Shown here: piece after piece, positions 1 to 18,152 of the stretch
Position numbering within the stretch: the stretch's first letter is position 1
Layout of the letters: each line of letters begins with the position of its first letter
From: the human T2T-CHM13v2.0 reference genome, Homo sapiens
Assembly (NCBI RefSeq): GCF_009914755.1
Contig: NC_060926.1
Length of the DNA stretch: 64,000 nucleotides
Reading direction: 5' to 3' (one strand)
The notes under the pieces: model-generated
What the model was told of the DNA's origin: nothing
Seen by the model: the letters and a program-made list of their open reading frames with translations, nothing else
Databases searched by the model: none
Position numbers and translations under genes: made by a program

Positions 1-25
1 GCGTTCGAGGAGATCATCCTGCAGT
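1..25 (+). CDS. ATG16L1: ATG16L1 exon 1, 3' end (AFEEIILQ + first base of Tyr; ATG5-binding helix region); gene start lies upstream of the window
   Basis: GCG TTC GAG GAG ATC ATC CTG CAG T, then donor gtgagc; T joins AT of exon 2 to give Tyr. Confidence 0.95.
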
Positions 26-180
26 GTGAGCGGCGCCGGTGCGGGCTGGGAGTGGGGCGGGCGGGCCCCGCGGAGGCATGCGGGGCGTCAGCGGGAACCT
101 GAGGCCGAGTCCCTGGCGCCGCCCGCACGCATGGCGGCCGCCCCGGGTAACCCGCGCTTGGGACGCCGCACGCCTTTTAA
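1..180. promoter_or_regulatory. 3' edge of the ATG16L1 CpG island, with GC box and G-tracts
   Basis: Very high GC and CpG density; GGGGCGGG at 54-61. Confidence 0.8.
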
Positions 181-454
181 ATGTTTTTTCTAACCTGCGT
201 TTTATCTTTGGAGGATTTTCCCTATTAAATTGTACGATCTTTGTGGGGAGGCACAGTTCGTGTTTGTATTTGTAAATCCCAGTAGCTCATACAATGCTTA
301 TGCACTTAAATAGGTCCCAGAAACATCCCATCTATGGGGTCATGTTAATGAAACGGTCGTTGACTTTCAGTCGCAGAATTAACATTGCCTTCTCAATGCA
401 CTGGAACGGGTGGCCTTTGATTCCTCAAACTTACTTCCCTTACTCCACCTTGGT

Positions 455-984
<530 letters not shown>

Positions 985-1040
985 TGATGATATTCAGAAT
1001 AATAATTGCTACCTTATATTGCATTCTGATTGTGCAAAAT

Positions 1041-1255
1041 CAGTAGTTCTCAAACTTAGCTCCACATTAGAATCACCTATGGATCTTTAAAAAATTACAA
1101 ATCCCAAGCCACACCCCAGACCAACTAAATCACAAGTATCACAGTACACAAGTATCAGTGTGTGTGTGTTTGTGTTTGTGTGAGATTAAGCCTAGAACTG
1201 CATGCCAAGTTATCAGTGTTTTTTGATGCTTCCCAAATGACTACTGTGCAGACAA
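1041..1255. mobile_element. MER5-like hAT-Charlie DNA transposon fossil
   Basis: cagtagttctcaaactt...agaatcacct...ccacaccccagacc resembles MER5A. Confidence 0.6.
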
Positions 1256-1373
1256 ATTTTAGTACTGTGGTAAGTATTTGCATGTGTTATTTTATCTTTC
1301 CCAAAATTCTGTGTATGAAGCAGGAACTGTTATTGCCATTTTCACACATGGAACTGAGGCCAAGAGAGATTAG

Positions 1374-1760
<387 letters not shown>

Positions 1761-2908
1761 TAACTTTTGCATTTGCTTTTCTCACTGGCTCCCCCAGCAA
1801 ATGGTTCTTTGCTTTCACTGCACCCATTGTTTTAACAAAACTAAGAAGAAAGAGGATGCTTTGCTGTTCTAGGAGGCCCTGAAGAACAGTGCTGTTTCAG
1901 AAAGCCAGAAGCACAAGAAGTCCCTCTTCCTCAAAACATGATTCCCTGACAGATGACATAAATCAGTTCATTAGGTGCTTATTAGGTGCTTATGCTTTAA
2001 AAGCTAATATCCTTTGAAAGTCAAATTGGGTGGGAGGCTTGACTCACCCCTCACTGAACATTTTCACTTACTTTCTGAGTCTGTTTTGCCTCATCTATAA
2101 AATGGGGATGAAGCTTGCCCTGCCCACTTCATAAAAACAGTGCTGTGCATATAAGTGCTTTCAAAGCCATCTGTATAATAGCTTGTAATTGTAAAGCGTT
2201 ATCTCTTTGACACAAATGGAATGTTTTCCTGCACTTTGAAAATGGCATCTTGATGGGGCAGGAGCATGTAGAACAGTCAGAATAAGAGGTCACTTGTGGA
2301 GAGCAGATAGCTTTAAAGGGTGCTAGAGTAGCGAGTAATACCTGCCTGAGGGACCAGGACAGGAGACCGGGATGAGAAGCTAACAAGAGGCAGGAGAGTG
2401 AGACAGGCTTTGCATGTTAAGATCTTCTGTTTAGGCAGAGGGATTGACATTTAGGGAGATCATTTCTATTATAGTTTGTGAAACACCTTCATTCCACTCA
2501 TTCCAGCCTTCCCAGGCCAGTCAAGCTCTGACCCTCCATCAGCCTGGAGTCTATTCTCTGTTCAGTCCGTGCCTTTGAGTCTGAAGAGAAAGGTGGAAAG
2601 AAGCCGTAGGGGGAGGGAAAGGCTTCCCTCCACCTCCAGCCTTCTCTTCAGGGAGGAACCTTTGGGAAGGACTCCTTTTGAACGCCTGTGTTTTTTGAAA
2701 GAACCTAAAATTATCACAGGGCACTAAGCTTTGGTTTAACATCTGAAGGTCTTACTAGAGCCCTTTGACACTGGTGGATTTTAAACCATAATTTCCCAGG
2801 TTGAAACCAATGTCCAGTTTGGCTAATTCGTTTGACCAATAGATGAGAGTGTTTCTACCCAGGAGTTCTCTTTTCAGGTATCAAAAAGTGGGACTCAAAA
2901 CTCTTTAA

Positions 2909-3347
<439 letters not shown>

Positions 3348-4121
3348 CCTGTGTGCCTATTACACTTAACTACGTGTTCTTTCTAATCTTGTGTTTTGAA
3401 TTTCTGTACTCTGTCTCCTGTCAAATTTATTATGTTTGGAAAGAGAACTCATTTCCTCTCTAAGCTCTCCCCTCTTGTGTTCTCTCACACGTTAGCATCC
3501 TCCGCCCAGTTGCTTGAGCGAGGAGCCTCAGAATAATCCTTGACTTTTTACCAATACAGATCTGTTAGCGTAACGGCCTGCTTTTATAATCTTTTATTTA
3601 ATCATTGCCAGTAAGAAGTCTAAATTTCTGATCCTGCTTTTTCCTGTGTTGGCTCCAACCTTTATTTCCAGCCACTTACCAAAAGACTCTGTTATTCCTT
3701 CTGCATGGCCCATCATCTTCTTTTAAGACTTAACTCATATATCACCTCCTGTGACACCATTCATAAAAATGAGTACAGAGTGTATTCTCTGTACCTTTTT
3801 ATACTTGACTGAATTAAATGTTAACTCCATGTTGGAGACTGTCATTTGTATTTCTAGTTCCCTGACCTAAAAAGTAATTAGATATGTCAACTTATGGTAA
3901 AGTTCTCCTGTCTTACTTAAAGGTACATAGCATTTCACTTTGCCATTGTGTTTAGTGTGTTTTTCTTTTTTCCTCCCAAGGTAGAAACAAATAACTTCTG
4001 GGGTAGAAAGCATTTTCAGCTCCCTTTAATAGGGAAGACATTCTTGCAGGTGATTCTGTAGGTTACTGTGGCTGAGGAATGTATGTTCCTGTATTGCATC
4101 CTTCAATACATGACAAGGTAG

Positions 4122-4316
<195 letters not shown>

Positions 4317-4729
4317 TAAGGAAATTTATCTCAGTTCAGTTGTCACTTCTCTAATTTAAAAGCAAATCAAGTACTATTTCTGTGTTCCAGTTTTTGTCAG
4401 CTCCTTTCAAATAAGAACTAAAACCATGTAATTACAATTGTTTTTTAGAAGGTATGTCATACCTAGAAAGGTTATTATCAGTACAGTGCTCTGAGCTTGA
4501 GAAATTTCTTAAGGCAGGTTCACGTGGTAACCCTAGGTCAGTTTCTCATCTAACCTGCCAGGATTCATGTTTTTTTGTTTCTTTGTTTTTAAATAATCAC
4601 AGACAAGTATTTCTGAGCGGGTTTGTGTAGATCCTGTTAATGTAGGATTGATTGGCACATACGTAAAAATTGCTTTCCTGCAGTATGGGTCTATTTGATC
4701 CTTTTTAGGTTGGTGTTTTTTTCAACATA

Positions 4730-5723
<994 letters not shown>

Positions 5724-5809
5724 TATTAGTAGATTGTGAAATCAAATTAGCAGATTGCAGTAAGCTCTTATTTTTCTTTAAGAACTAGATTAGAAAAATA
5801 TCAGTGTGT

Positions 5810-6138
<329 letters not shown>

Positions 6139-6732
6139 CTCTTGGTGTGTATTGATAGAATATTTCATGAAATACATATTTGTTCATGGCGGGGTATTTG
6201 TGTTTACTGGGTCACTGGTGTGCATTTATGTATATTTGAAGTCTTATTATCCTCTTCTGTAATATTCATTGTGTTTGCATGTTAAATTTGGTATGGGGAC
6301 AGTAGCCATTATTGCTCTGAAATCTCCACACATTTAGCAATTGTAAAAACAAGGTTGGTGATTTATGGTGTCTAGAAATGGTAGCTGTAGCCTGATGTAT
6401 TTACTCCTAGAGCTGTAGCTGCTCTCATGTCTCCTCATCTGGCACGATGGTCTCCTGATAGAGGACAGAGTGGGAAAGATACCAGAGAACAGATGGCTTG
6501 GCAGGGCCTAGCTTCCATCCTTGCTTTGTAACAGTTCAGGAGATCCTGCCTGGCTGTGGCCCTGGGAGGCCTTCTGTAGTACTTAAGATATTAGTTTTAG
6601 TATTTTGGTTAATTTTAGGTGTAGATAATGCTGTTTCACCATTTTCGTCTAAATTCATCCAATTGAAAACTAAAAACATTTCTATCTGATTAAACCCTTG
6701 ATGACTATATTCTTGTATTCTTTATCTGTTAG

Positions 6733-7080
<348 letters not shown>

Positions 7081-7107
7081 GGGGGATGGTCATTTAGTTG
7101 GAGGTCT

Positions 7108-7721
7108 TGTTATAAACCAGGTTCATTCAGCCCACACACAGCAAGTTAATCACTGAGATGATGGGTTTTGTGAGAGTTTATTCATAACGTGGCCAAGCAA
7201 GGAGGCAGGAGAACAGGTCTCAAATCCACCTCCTTGAAAACAGGGATTGGGGGTACTTAGGCAGTAGAAAGCAGGGTGGTCTAAAGTGTGGGAAGAGGTG
7301 ATTGGTGGGTAGGAAAGATGAGGTAATTGGGGCTTCCACGCAAGCATAATCTAGCTTTGTGGTTCCTCATAGGACACATGCAGAAAATGGTGGCGTCAGC
7401 ACCATCTGAGGGAGGAGTGTTTTGGCCCTCTGATGTCAAAAGATCACCTCTTGGGCATTCACACAGGCCCAGTTGAAGGGTTGGGGGTCTCAACCAGCTT
7501 TAATGAGCAAGAGCTGCCTCCTAGTTCCTGGAGAAAAACTTTAAGCACCAGTTATTGTAGTGAGCCACAGTCAGTTATTATTTATAAGGAAGCTATTGGG
7601 AGTTTAGTTATGTGTTGTTTGGCAACTCGACTTGCTAGTGGGAGTTTGGAACTAGAAAAAAGTGATGAAAAGCAGGCAAGGCAGGTTGAACGGTGGGCTT
7701 CATCAGGTTACCCCTTGTTCA
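7108..7721 (-). mobile_element. Solo LTR, ERV1-type
   Basis: TG...CA termini, 4-bp TSD GTCT (7104-7107 and 7722-7725), minus-strand AATAAA (TTTATT 7177-7182). Confidence 0.75.
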
Positions 7722-8351
7722 GTCTTTCCATTTCCACAAACATTATCCATAATAAGCCTGCCCTCCTGACTTCTTTGTTTCCATTCACAGTATCGTTGTT
7801 TTCCACTAGTCATCTATGGTTCCTTCTTCCCTCTAGATCTTCCCATCTCCATATTCCTTTATTCCTCATATTCCCCATATTCACCAAGCCCATTGGTTCT
7901 CCACCCCCTAGCCTCTTGCATCCTTTGGTTTGCATTTATTTTGCCACCTCCTTTGTTTATTTATCTTCTTATTCCCAGACTGTGGTGAGAGCCTCATTCA
8001 CTCAAAAGACTCCTGTGACCGTAGTGTGGGCTGGGCATTAGGGCTGTAGAGATGAGTAAGCCAGAGTCCCTGCTCTGAGGAGGAATAGAGTCTAGTGGGG
8101 GAGACCAACTCAAAGGGACATTTGCTAGAGAATGTAAGGGTGTTCACAGAAGCTGGGCACTTTGTTGGTTTCCTTTCCCCTCCTTCCTGTCTCTCCAAAG
8201 TTCCTGCCTGTCTCATCCTAATTAACCGTAAAACACTGCACACTGTGCTTAAATAGTGATCTGCATCAGTTATCAGACTTTCTCTTAAGTATTTTCATCA
8301 CTTTGCCTACAGTTTAAAATCAAACTCTTCAGCCTCGAAATTGTTTATTCT

Positions 8352-8710
8352 AAGCACGGTTCCTGGACTAGTGACATCTTCTGGGAAACTGTTAGAAACG
8401 AAGATTCTTGGGCCCCACCTCAGACCTACTCTATTAGAAACTCTGGGGGTGGGGCCTGGTAATCTGTGTTTTCAGAAATGCTTTAGCTGATTGTAGTGAC
8501 CTCTGAAGTTTGAGCACTACCACCTTTACTGCTACTCAGACTTCCTGGAACCAGCAACATTCCCATCACCAGAGCGCAGAAAGTCAGAAATGCAGATGGC
8601 TGGGCCTTGCCAGGAAAGCAGGTCACCTGTTAGTGGGCTCCAGGAATCTGTGCTTGAAACATGCCCTCGGAGTGATTGTTTTTTCTACTTGCCGAAGCAC
8701 TTTAGGGGGC
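8352..8710. mobile_element. Two adjacent MER5-like fossils
   Basis: gattcttgggccccacctcagacctact...ggggtggggcc...aatctgtgtttt motif, with a degenerate second copy. Confidence 0.65.
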
Positions 8711-9010
8711 TGATATTCATTGTAAGTAAAATAAGAAGTCCTTGGAGGCTTTGGGTCATGGAAAGAGCTGTATCCTGCTTGCCTTAGTCTCTCCTAGCAT
8801 TTCTGTTGTGTTCTGTGTCTTGGTAGACTTTGAAGTTTAAGCATCTAATCCTGAGGCTCCTCTGCCTGATGATCTTGCCTCCATTTTGCCCTTCCTAGGA
8901 GATTCCTACTTTAGTTCCTCTTTGGAAACCCCTCCCAAAATGAAACCATCCTTGTCTGGGGAAATCTTTGCCTCTGAACATGATTAACACTTTCCATCGT
9001 CACTCTTTGA

Positions 9011-9352
<342 letters not shown>

Positions 9353-9959
9353 ATTTCATGAATCTGTTCTATAGCTAGCCAGCTCCTTGGAAGGTGGGTC
9401 CACATCTTACATGCTTGAGTCCAGGAGTTCGAGGCCAGCCAGGGCAACATAGTGAGATACCATCTCAATAATTTTTTAAAAGGTGGGGGAGATTTGATAA
9501 TTATTCTGCCTGATTTAGGATGGTTTCATGTAAAGTGTGTTCCACTGTCTAATCTCTTGGCATTACTTCTTGGGTTAAGATTGGGGAAGTGCCAGGTTGC
9601 CTCAAGATAAGGTATTAGTTTGTGCTTAGCTATGTAATAACAATACATATAGAGATGGAAGGACTGCTATACTACCACCTTTATCCCCCTCTTTTTATTT
9701 TATTCTGGGTCATATGGAGGGGGCAGTTCTTTCCGCTCTCATCGGATGTTGGATGAGAGGAACAAGTGTCCAGCCTTGTTCCTTTTCTCCATCTACAAGC
9801 TTTCCCTAGACAGTGGTTTCAGCTGCTCACTATAGTCTGATAATTCTCACCTGTGACACCAGCTTTCTCTCGAACTATAAATCCACAGTTCTAGTTGTCT
9901 TCTGCTGTATCTGAGATATTATGCAAACACTTGGCAAAGATTCCAAAACTGCATTGACT

Positions 9960-10930
9960 CTGGAGGTGATCTGAACTCACTCCTGTGGCTTTAGGCACAT
10001 CTGTTTGCTGACAGTGTCTACATGTTAGCCTCCAGCTTGGACTTCTTCTTGAGGTTCAGACTCTTAATACTCAGTTTCCATTTGACAGTACTCAGTTTTC
10101 ACTTGAATGGCCACAAACGAACTCTTTAGGTCTCCTCCAAAACCTGCTCCTCCCACAGTCTTGCCCATTTCAGTGGGTGACACCTACCTTCTACCAGTTG
10201 CTCAGGCCAAAAGCCTTGATTCATCCTTGACTCCTATCTGTCTTCATGCCCCATAGCCAATTCAAAGTCAAGTCCTGTTAGCGCTGTCTTTGGAATGGAT
10301 CTAGAATCAGACCGTATCTCACCTCACTGCTCCCACCCTGGTCTGAGCCGCACTGTCCCATGTTTGCACTTCACAGTAGCCTGCTGGCTGGTCTTCCTGT
10401 TTCGGCCCTTACCCCACTGCAATCTGCTCTCCTTTTAAAACCTAAGTCATTCAGCTGCTCAGAGCCCTCCAGCAGCTTCCCTTCACGCCTAGTAAACCTC
10501 ACAGCCCTCGGAGGTGCCCACAAGGCTCTGCATCATTTCCCCACCTCGTCCTTGACCGCACCTCCTCTGTCCCCCTGTGCCTGGGCTTCAGTCACCCTTC
10601 CTCCAAATACACCACCTGCTGTACACCTCTCCAGGCTCTGCTGCTGCTGCTCCTTCTGCCCAGAGGGCCCTTCCCTCAAGGGTCCACATGGCTTATTCCT
10701 CACTTCCTTACAGTCTCTAGTCATGTGTCACGTAGGAGAAACCCTCCTCAATTACGTTAAAATAGGACCCCCTCCCTCTGTTCCCCTTCTTGTGCTTGAG
10801 TTTTCTGCAAGCACATGTGACTGCTGACCTCACACGTGCTCTCAGTTGACTGTCAGCTGTGTGGAAGCAGAGCCCTGCACTCACTGCTGCGTCATCGGCA
10901 CTCAGGTCCTTGCTGAGCCAGTGGGCCCTG
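9960..10930. mobile_element. L2 fragments
   Basis: ccagttgctcaggccaaaagccttg...atccttgactcct and other L2 3' motifs; boundaries approximate. Confidence 0.6.
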
Positions 10931-11136
10931 TTGGTGCCTGTTACTGGGACTTCATTCAGGAACTTTCCACCCTTTATTCCTGATGTGCCTGATGGTCACA
11001 GTTGCTTTGCTTTTTTCCATGTGTTTCATGTCTCCTCCTTTCCACTCATAGTGCCTGTAACCGCAGCTGCTGGAGACACCCGAATGGTTTATTGGCTTTG
11101 TGAACATGTTTCTGGAGTTATGGTTTCATTGCCTAA

Positions 11137-11478
<342 letters not shown>

Positions 11479-12018
11479 TGAAAAGACCAGGCAGATTGAG
11501 GCCCATCACCAGAAGGGCAATCCTGTGAGAGCGCTGCCAGTTACCATGCTCCAAAATCAGCATGAGAGGCAAGAGTGGAGAGGCTTTAAAGAACAAAAAA
11601 GCCTGCTACCTGGTGCGCTGAAGGCCTCACTGATGGTTTCATAAAGCTTTTCAGTACAAACCCTGAAATTTCAGAGACATTCGTGAGAAAGAATCAAGTC
11701 CTAGGCTGTGTTCGCCTGGATGGTGGTCTTACGGCAAAGCTCCAGTTGGGAAAATACAGTTCACCATCAGTACAGCTGAATTGATTATCTTTTCAGCAGA
11801 AATGAGTCTCCAAAAAGGTAGCTGAAGTTGAGGAGTAGACAGCTGTCCTCAGCAAGCCCCTGGCAGTCACCTGGAACACTTCTCATTCCAGCCAAGCTGT
11901 CCTTCAACAGGGAGTGGCAGGGATAGTTCCCCTTTGTGTCCCCATAGGCGCCTCGGCTCCTTGCTGTCACCCAGCTCATTTATTCTTTCTTAAAAATAAA
12001 TCGCCACCCACTGTGTAG

Positions 12019-12150
<132 letters not shown>

Positions 12151-12961
12151 TGAGTAGAGACCCCGCCTCCTTGGAGCCTGGTCATTGGGTCCCATGTCCT
12201 TTGTTCTGCTGACCTCTTGTGAGCAGGGCCAGTGGCAGTGAGTGGCCACAGTGCACTTAGCGAGAGTTTGATTTTCAGTGCATACACACTCTGGGATCCT
12301 TTTCTACCAGCTCTGAGAAGGAAAAAGCAAGGACAGTGCCCACAGGCTTCTAGCATCCTCCTAGGGATGTCACCTTGGCTCTTGCAAGTGGCCCAGAGAC
12401 ACTAGCAGCTCTCCTGTGGCCGCTGTGTGTGGGAGCTGGTATGTTCCTGTGGTGGAGGTGGTAGGGCCAGGATAGCTGAGCGCATGGCCCTTGGGAAAAG
12501 GGAAATGAGTTTGTGAGCAAAACTGTTGCTGACCAGGGAGAAGCCTGGCAGACAAGATAAATGGGGACTCTGAATCCTGAGACCTTGGAGCTGGGGTAGC
12601 GTGTGCTTGGGTTTCCTTAATATGTGGAAAGGGGTCTAGAGGCTTGGAAAGGCAGGGCGCTTGCTCAGGCTTTTGCTCAGGAAATGTCAGAGCTGGTGAA
12701 ATATATACGGTTTCCAGCCTCCTTTTAAATCCCCTTTACCAATCTAAGCATCGAAAGTTTCTCTTCCTTCACATCGTGTTTTTCCTAGTCATTAATAGGA
12801 TGAATTTCACCTTAGGTGTTTCCTCTCCTAATGGATTATCCTGTAAACCATGGGGATGGGCCTGGCTAAAAGATGTTGTAACAGACACAAAGTGTTAAGC
12901 ACTCAGCCAGGTCCGTCTGGCTCTGGCACAGGGCTCTGGCGAGGTACTATTCGTCCTCTGA

Positions 12962-13300
<339 letters not shown>

Positions 13301-13546
13301 TAAACCTGGCAGTTACTACAGGAGGTTTACCAGGGAATTCTTTCAGTGTTTCAAGGAGAAAAGCTAATTCTGAACAATATAAATTAAACCAGAGTTAGAA
13401 AAAGGAAATACACCACAATTAGAATTCTTCCCCATAATTTTGTGAAGCTTTTTGTATCCATATAAAAATTCTGATCTTGCTAATGCACAAGAAGACTATA
13501 ATCCAACCTTATATGAATATAGATGTGAAATTCCTAAATCAGACTC

Positions 13547-13865
<319 letters not shown>

Positions 13866-14237
13866 TAAGAATTCCCTGCAATCCTGCTAAGTCTATTTAT
13901 TTAAGATAAATCTGAAACCTACTGAGACATGGGAATTAAAAGATGGATTATCAAGAAATCAATTACGTTAGGAATTTGAATCTCTGTTGTGGAAAATGTG
14001 CGTGTTTAAAAGCTGCCCCAGAGAGCCCAGTCATCCCCTGGTCAAGGTCCACTGATCAACCGTCTATATACACTCTTACTAAAACCTGCAAGAGAACAAG
14101 GAGAGGTTCACTCTCACAACTCACAGAGAACACCGATCTGGATGTTCTGGCCAACCAACCATTGAAAAGAAGGAGTGATCACCCACCTAGAAACCTAAGA
14201 AAATGAGCTGAAAAGCTGTTAACACAAGTTCAGCAGA

Positions 14238-14558
14238 TGCCAGGTGCAGTAAGTAGCTCATGCCTGTAATCCCAGCACTTTGGGAGGCGGAGGCGGAGGC
14301 GGAGGCGGAGGCGGGAGGATCGCTTGAAACCAGGAGTTTCAAGAGCAGCCTGAGCAACATAGTGAGACTCCATCTGTACAAAAAACAAAAACAAAAGCTG
14401 AGCATGGTGGTATGTGCTTGTGGCCTCAGCTACTCAGGAGGCTGCTGCGGGAGAGTTGCTTGAGCCCAGTAGGTTAAAGCAACAGTGAGCCAAAGTTGTG
14501 CCACTGCATTCCAGCCTGAGTGACAGAGCGAGACCCCATCCAGAAACAAACAAAAAAG
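14238..14558 (+). mobile_element. Alu (J-like) with internal (GGAGGC)5
   Basis: Sense Alu consensus with hexamer expansion. Confidence 0.9.
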
Positions 14559-14643
14559 CTCTACAGATTAGAACATACATATTTTTAAATCCCCATATCA
14601 GTAGTTTCGAGTTTGAAGAGATTATTCCAGTTAATTTAAAAGT

Positions 14644-14711
14644 GAATAAATGACAATAGGAAAGAGTCTTTTAAAGGGAATAAATGACGATAGGAAAGAG
14701 TCTTTTAAAGG
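14644..14711 (+). repeat. 34-bp tandem duplication
   Basis: gaataaatgacRataggaaagagtcttttaaagg x2, one mismatch. Confidence 0.95.
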
Positions 14712-14734
14712 GTGATGATGGAAAAACAAGTTAG

Positions 14735-15150
14735 CATATCAAAGAGATAATCTGCACTACCATCATGTTTGTGGCAGCACCATTCACAATAGCCAAGATA
14801 CGGATCAATCTACATATTCATCATTGGCTTAATGGATAAAGAAAATGTGCTGTACACACACACAATGGAATATTATTCGCTATAAAAATGAATTAAATCA
14901 TGTTATTTACAACCACTTGGATGGAACTGGAGGACAGTATATTAAGTGAAATAAGCCAGGCACAGGAAGGCAGATACTGCGTGCTTCTACATGTGGGGCT
15001 AAAAGAAAAATGTTCTCCTAGAGATACAGAGTATAACTGTGGTTACTAGAGCATGGGAAGAGTAGTGGGGAAGGAGGTTAAAGAGAGATTACTTAATGGA
15101 TACAAAAATACTGTAAATGGATATAAAAATACTGTTAGAAGGTGTAAGAT
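14735..15150 (+). mobile_element. L1M 3'-end fragment
   Basis: atggataaagaaaatgtg, caatggaatattattc, tggatggaactggagg, taagtgaaataagccaggcacag. Confidence 0.85.
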
Positions 15151-15151
15151 T

Positions 15152-15473
<322 letters not shown>

Positions 15474-16257
15474 CTAAAATTAATATAACCGAAAATAGGA
15501 CACAAAATGTTTTCATACAGATGATCCCAATTTTGTATACTTTTTTAAAAAAATGACTGGAAGGAATTATATGTACTGTTACTGGTGTTTATTTTTGGGG
15601 GTGGTGAGATTATGGTTTTTGATTTCTCATTTTATACTTACCTGTATTTTCTAATTTTCCGGTTTCTATTAAGAAAAAATAAGCTGTCCTTTTTGTATTG
15701 TTTCTGTCTCACATTTACTTTAAGCAGAATTGTTTGGCTTATGCCATGGAGCTTGACAGCAGTGTGAGGGTGTTGGGGGCCCCAGGTGAGCTGGATGCTG
15801 CTAGGTTGCATGTTCACGTCAGCTGAGAGGCTGCTGGAGGGAGAAGTTGGGGAGATGTGTGGTGATGCCAAGGAAGAGCCCCTGAGCAGTGCAGTGGACG
15901 GGGGGTAATGCACATTTCCTAGTGAAAATGCTGTCCTCATTCCCTAGCCCACCCTTTGAAGCATCTTCCTAGGGCTGTGCACTTGGAGGTATCATGTGAT
16001 TGCAGATGTGGGACCTGAGGAGTCTTCATTACTTTGCTTAGGTAGCCTCTCCTCCTAGAAGCCTTCCTGCGTCATTACCCACTTCCTGCCTCCCCAGCTT
16101 AGATGTCCCTCATCTTCCTGCTTCAGGCAGCTGTGGTTTACCTGGGCCATATGTAGCACACTGTTTTGAGATAGCTCTTCACACTCTGCCTCCTTCCCTT
16201 ATGCTGCCACGTGTCCCTGTGGTCAGGCACAGTGGCTGCTTCATAAGATGCACTCAG

Positions 16258-16540
16258 GGCTGGGCACGGTGGCTGCTGCCTGTAATCCCAGCACTTTGGG
16301 AGGCCAAGGCAGGTGGATCACCTGAGGTCAGGAGTTCAAGATCAGCCTGGCCAACATGGCAAAACCCTGTCTCTACTACTAAAAACACAAAAATTAGCTG
16401 GATGTAGTGGCAGGTGGCTGTAATCCCGGCTACTCAGGAGGCTGAGACAGGAGAATCGCTTGAACACAGGAAGCGGAGATTGCAGTGAGCCGAGATGATG
16501 TCACTGCCCTCCAGCCTGGGTGACAGAGAGAGACTCTGTT
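16258..16540 (+). mobile_element. Alu (tail lost)
   Basis: Sense Alu consensus. Confidence 0.9.
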
Positions 16541-17457
16541 TGAGCTATTAAAGACCTTTCCTTTCAGCTATAGTGATGAATCCCTGATAACAGGTGGTGT
16601 TTTCCTCTCCCTGTGACCCTAAGTCAAGTTTTTATCTCCACCTTGCAGAACTGGGACCTGAAGTTATAGAAAGTAGATTTCAGACAGTCAACAAGTGCTT
16701 TAATCATAGAGTAGTGGTACTCACACACCTTATACCGAGATTCTGGTTTTTCCTCAAAGAGAGTTAGTTCACAGTTGTCTCTACCAGCTAAGACAATTTG
16801 GATAAATTGTATTTTTGGTAATTTGCCCTGTAAAACTTATTTTTCATCTTCCAGGTATAAAATCAAGAGTGTAATGCACTTTTTAAGCTATACCCACATC
16901 CCTTCCCAAGATTCTGCTATACTGCCTAGAGGACTTTCCTTCATTTTGAGAATTACCACCGTGGTAAAAACTTACGAGAAATTTCAGCAGAATTCTTGAT
17001 TGCAGCTCAGTAGCATTGCTAGAGTTCTACATTAGGGGTCCTCCACCTAGCAGGCATAGCCATAGTTAGAAGTGAAATTTATCAAAGAAGAGAGAGTAAG
17101 GTCAGGGTTAGGAGTTAGGGAGTTTCTGAATTTAGGACTTGAATGAGAGACAAAAATGATTCTGAGAAGGGGAGTTAGTGGATGAGACTTTGACCATGTT
17201 AAAAATTTGTCACAGCCAAGACTTCTATGTCAAGCTTTAGTAAATTAAAGTTACTAATGTTATGTAAACTTTGACATTTCAAGAATCTCACTATACCTCA
17301 GTTTCCTCATTTATAAATGGCAATAATGATATTTACCTCAAAAGGTTGTTATAAGGCTTAAATGAGTTAAAGTCTGTAAAGTAATTAACAATGTCAGGTA
17401 AGGGGAAGTCCTAAGTAAATCTTCACTGTTAGTAATCAGGCTGTGGGTGTGTTAATG

Positions 17458-17720
17458 CAGGTTGAGCATCCCATATCCCAAACTCCACAATGCTCCAGAA
17501 TCTGAAACTTCTTGAGTGCCAACATGACACTCAAAGGAAGTACTCATTGGAGCACTTCAGATTTCCGATTTACCATTAATTTCAACTGAATTTCATATTT
17601 AGACCTGGATCCTGTCCTCAAGATTTATATCATGTTTATGCAAAACTTCAAAATCTGAGAAAATTCGAAATCTGAAACACTGGTAGTCCCAAACATTTCG
17701 AGTAATGGATGCTCAACCCG
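17458..17720. mobile_element. Tigger4/MER46-like DNA transposon
   Basis: TIRs caggttgagcatcc / ggatgctcaacccg; internal aatctgaaa repeats. Confidence 0.75.
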
Positions 17721-18053
17721 TGTAAGACTATTTGCTGCAGAAAACTTAAGTCACAACCATGACTAACCCTCAGTGAGCCTGAGGCATGTGTCTATCCTAA
17801 GATACCCTTGGTCCCAGAAGGCAGGCCTCCTCCTTTGCCAGTTCACTGCTTTCTCTAATAATGTGGCCTATCTCTCTTCTAGGCTTTACTCTGAAACCCT
17901 TTAAAAGGGGAGCCTTACTGATGTTATGAGTTTGGGCTTGTGACTTTTGAGTATTTTGCTCAGGGTAGTTGTTATTTTACATGCACTGAATGTGTTATTA
18001 GAACTGGTGGCTTCTAGAGAGCCCAAACCCCGTGCTTTCTTAAGCAGACATAA

Positions 18054-18152
<99 letters not shown>

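Noticed and set aside
1970-1993. 11-bp tandem attaggtgctt x2
   Set aside because: Ordinary slippage duplication
7433-8041. Longest ORF in the track (202 aa)
   Set aside because: Spans LTR and pyrimidine-rich flank; no domain resemblance or splice support
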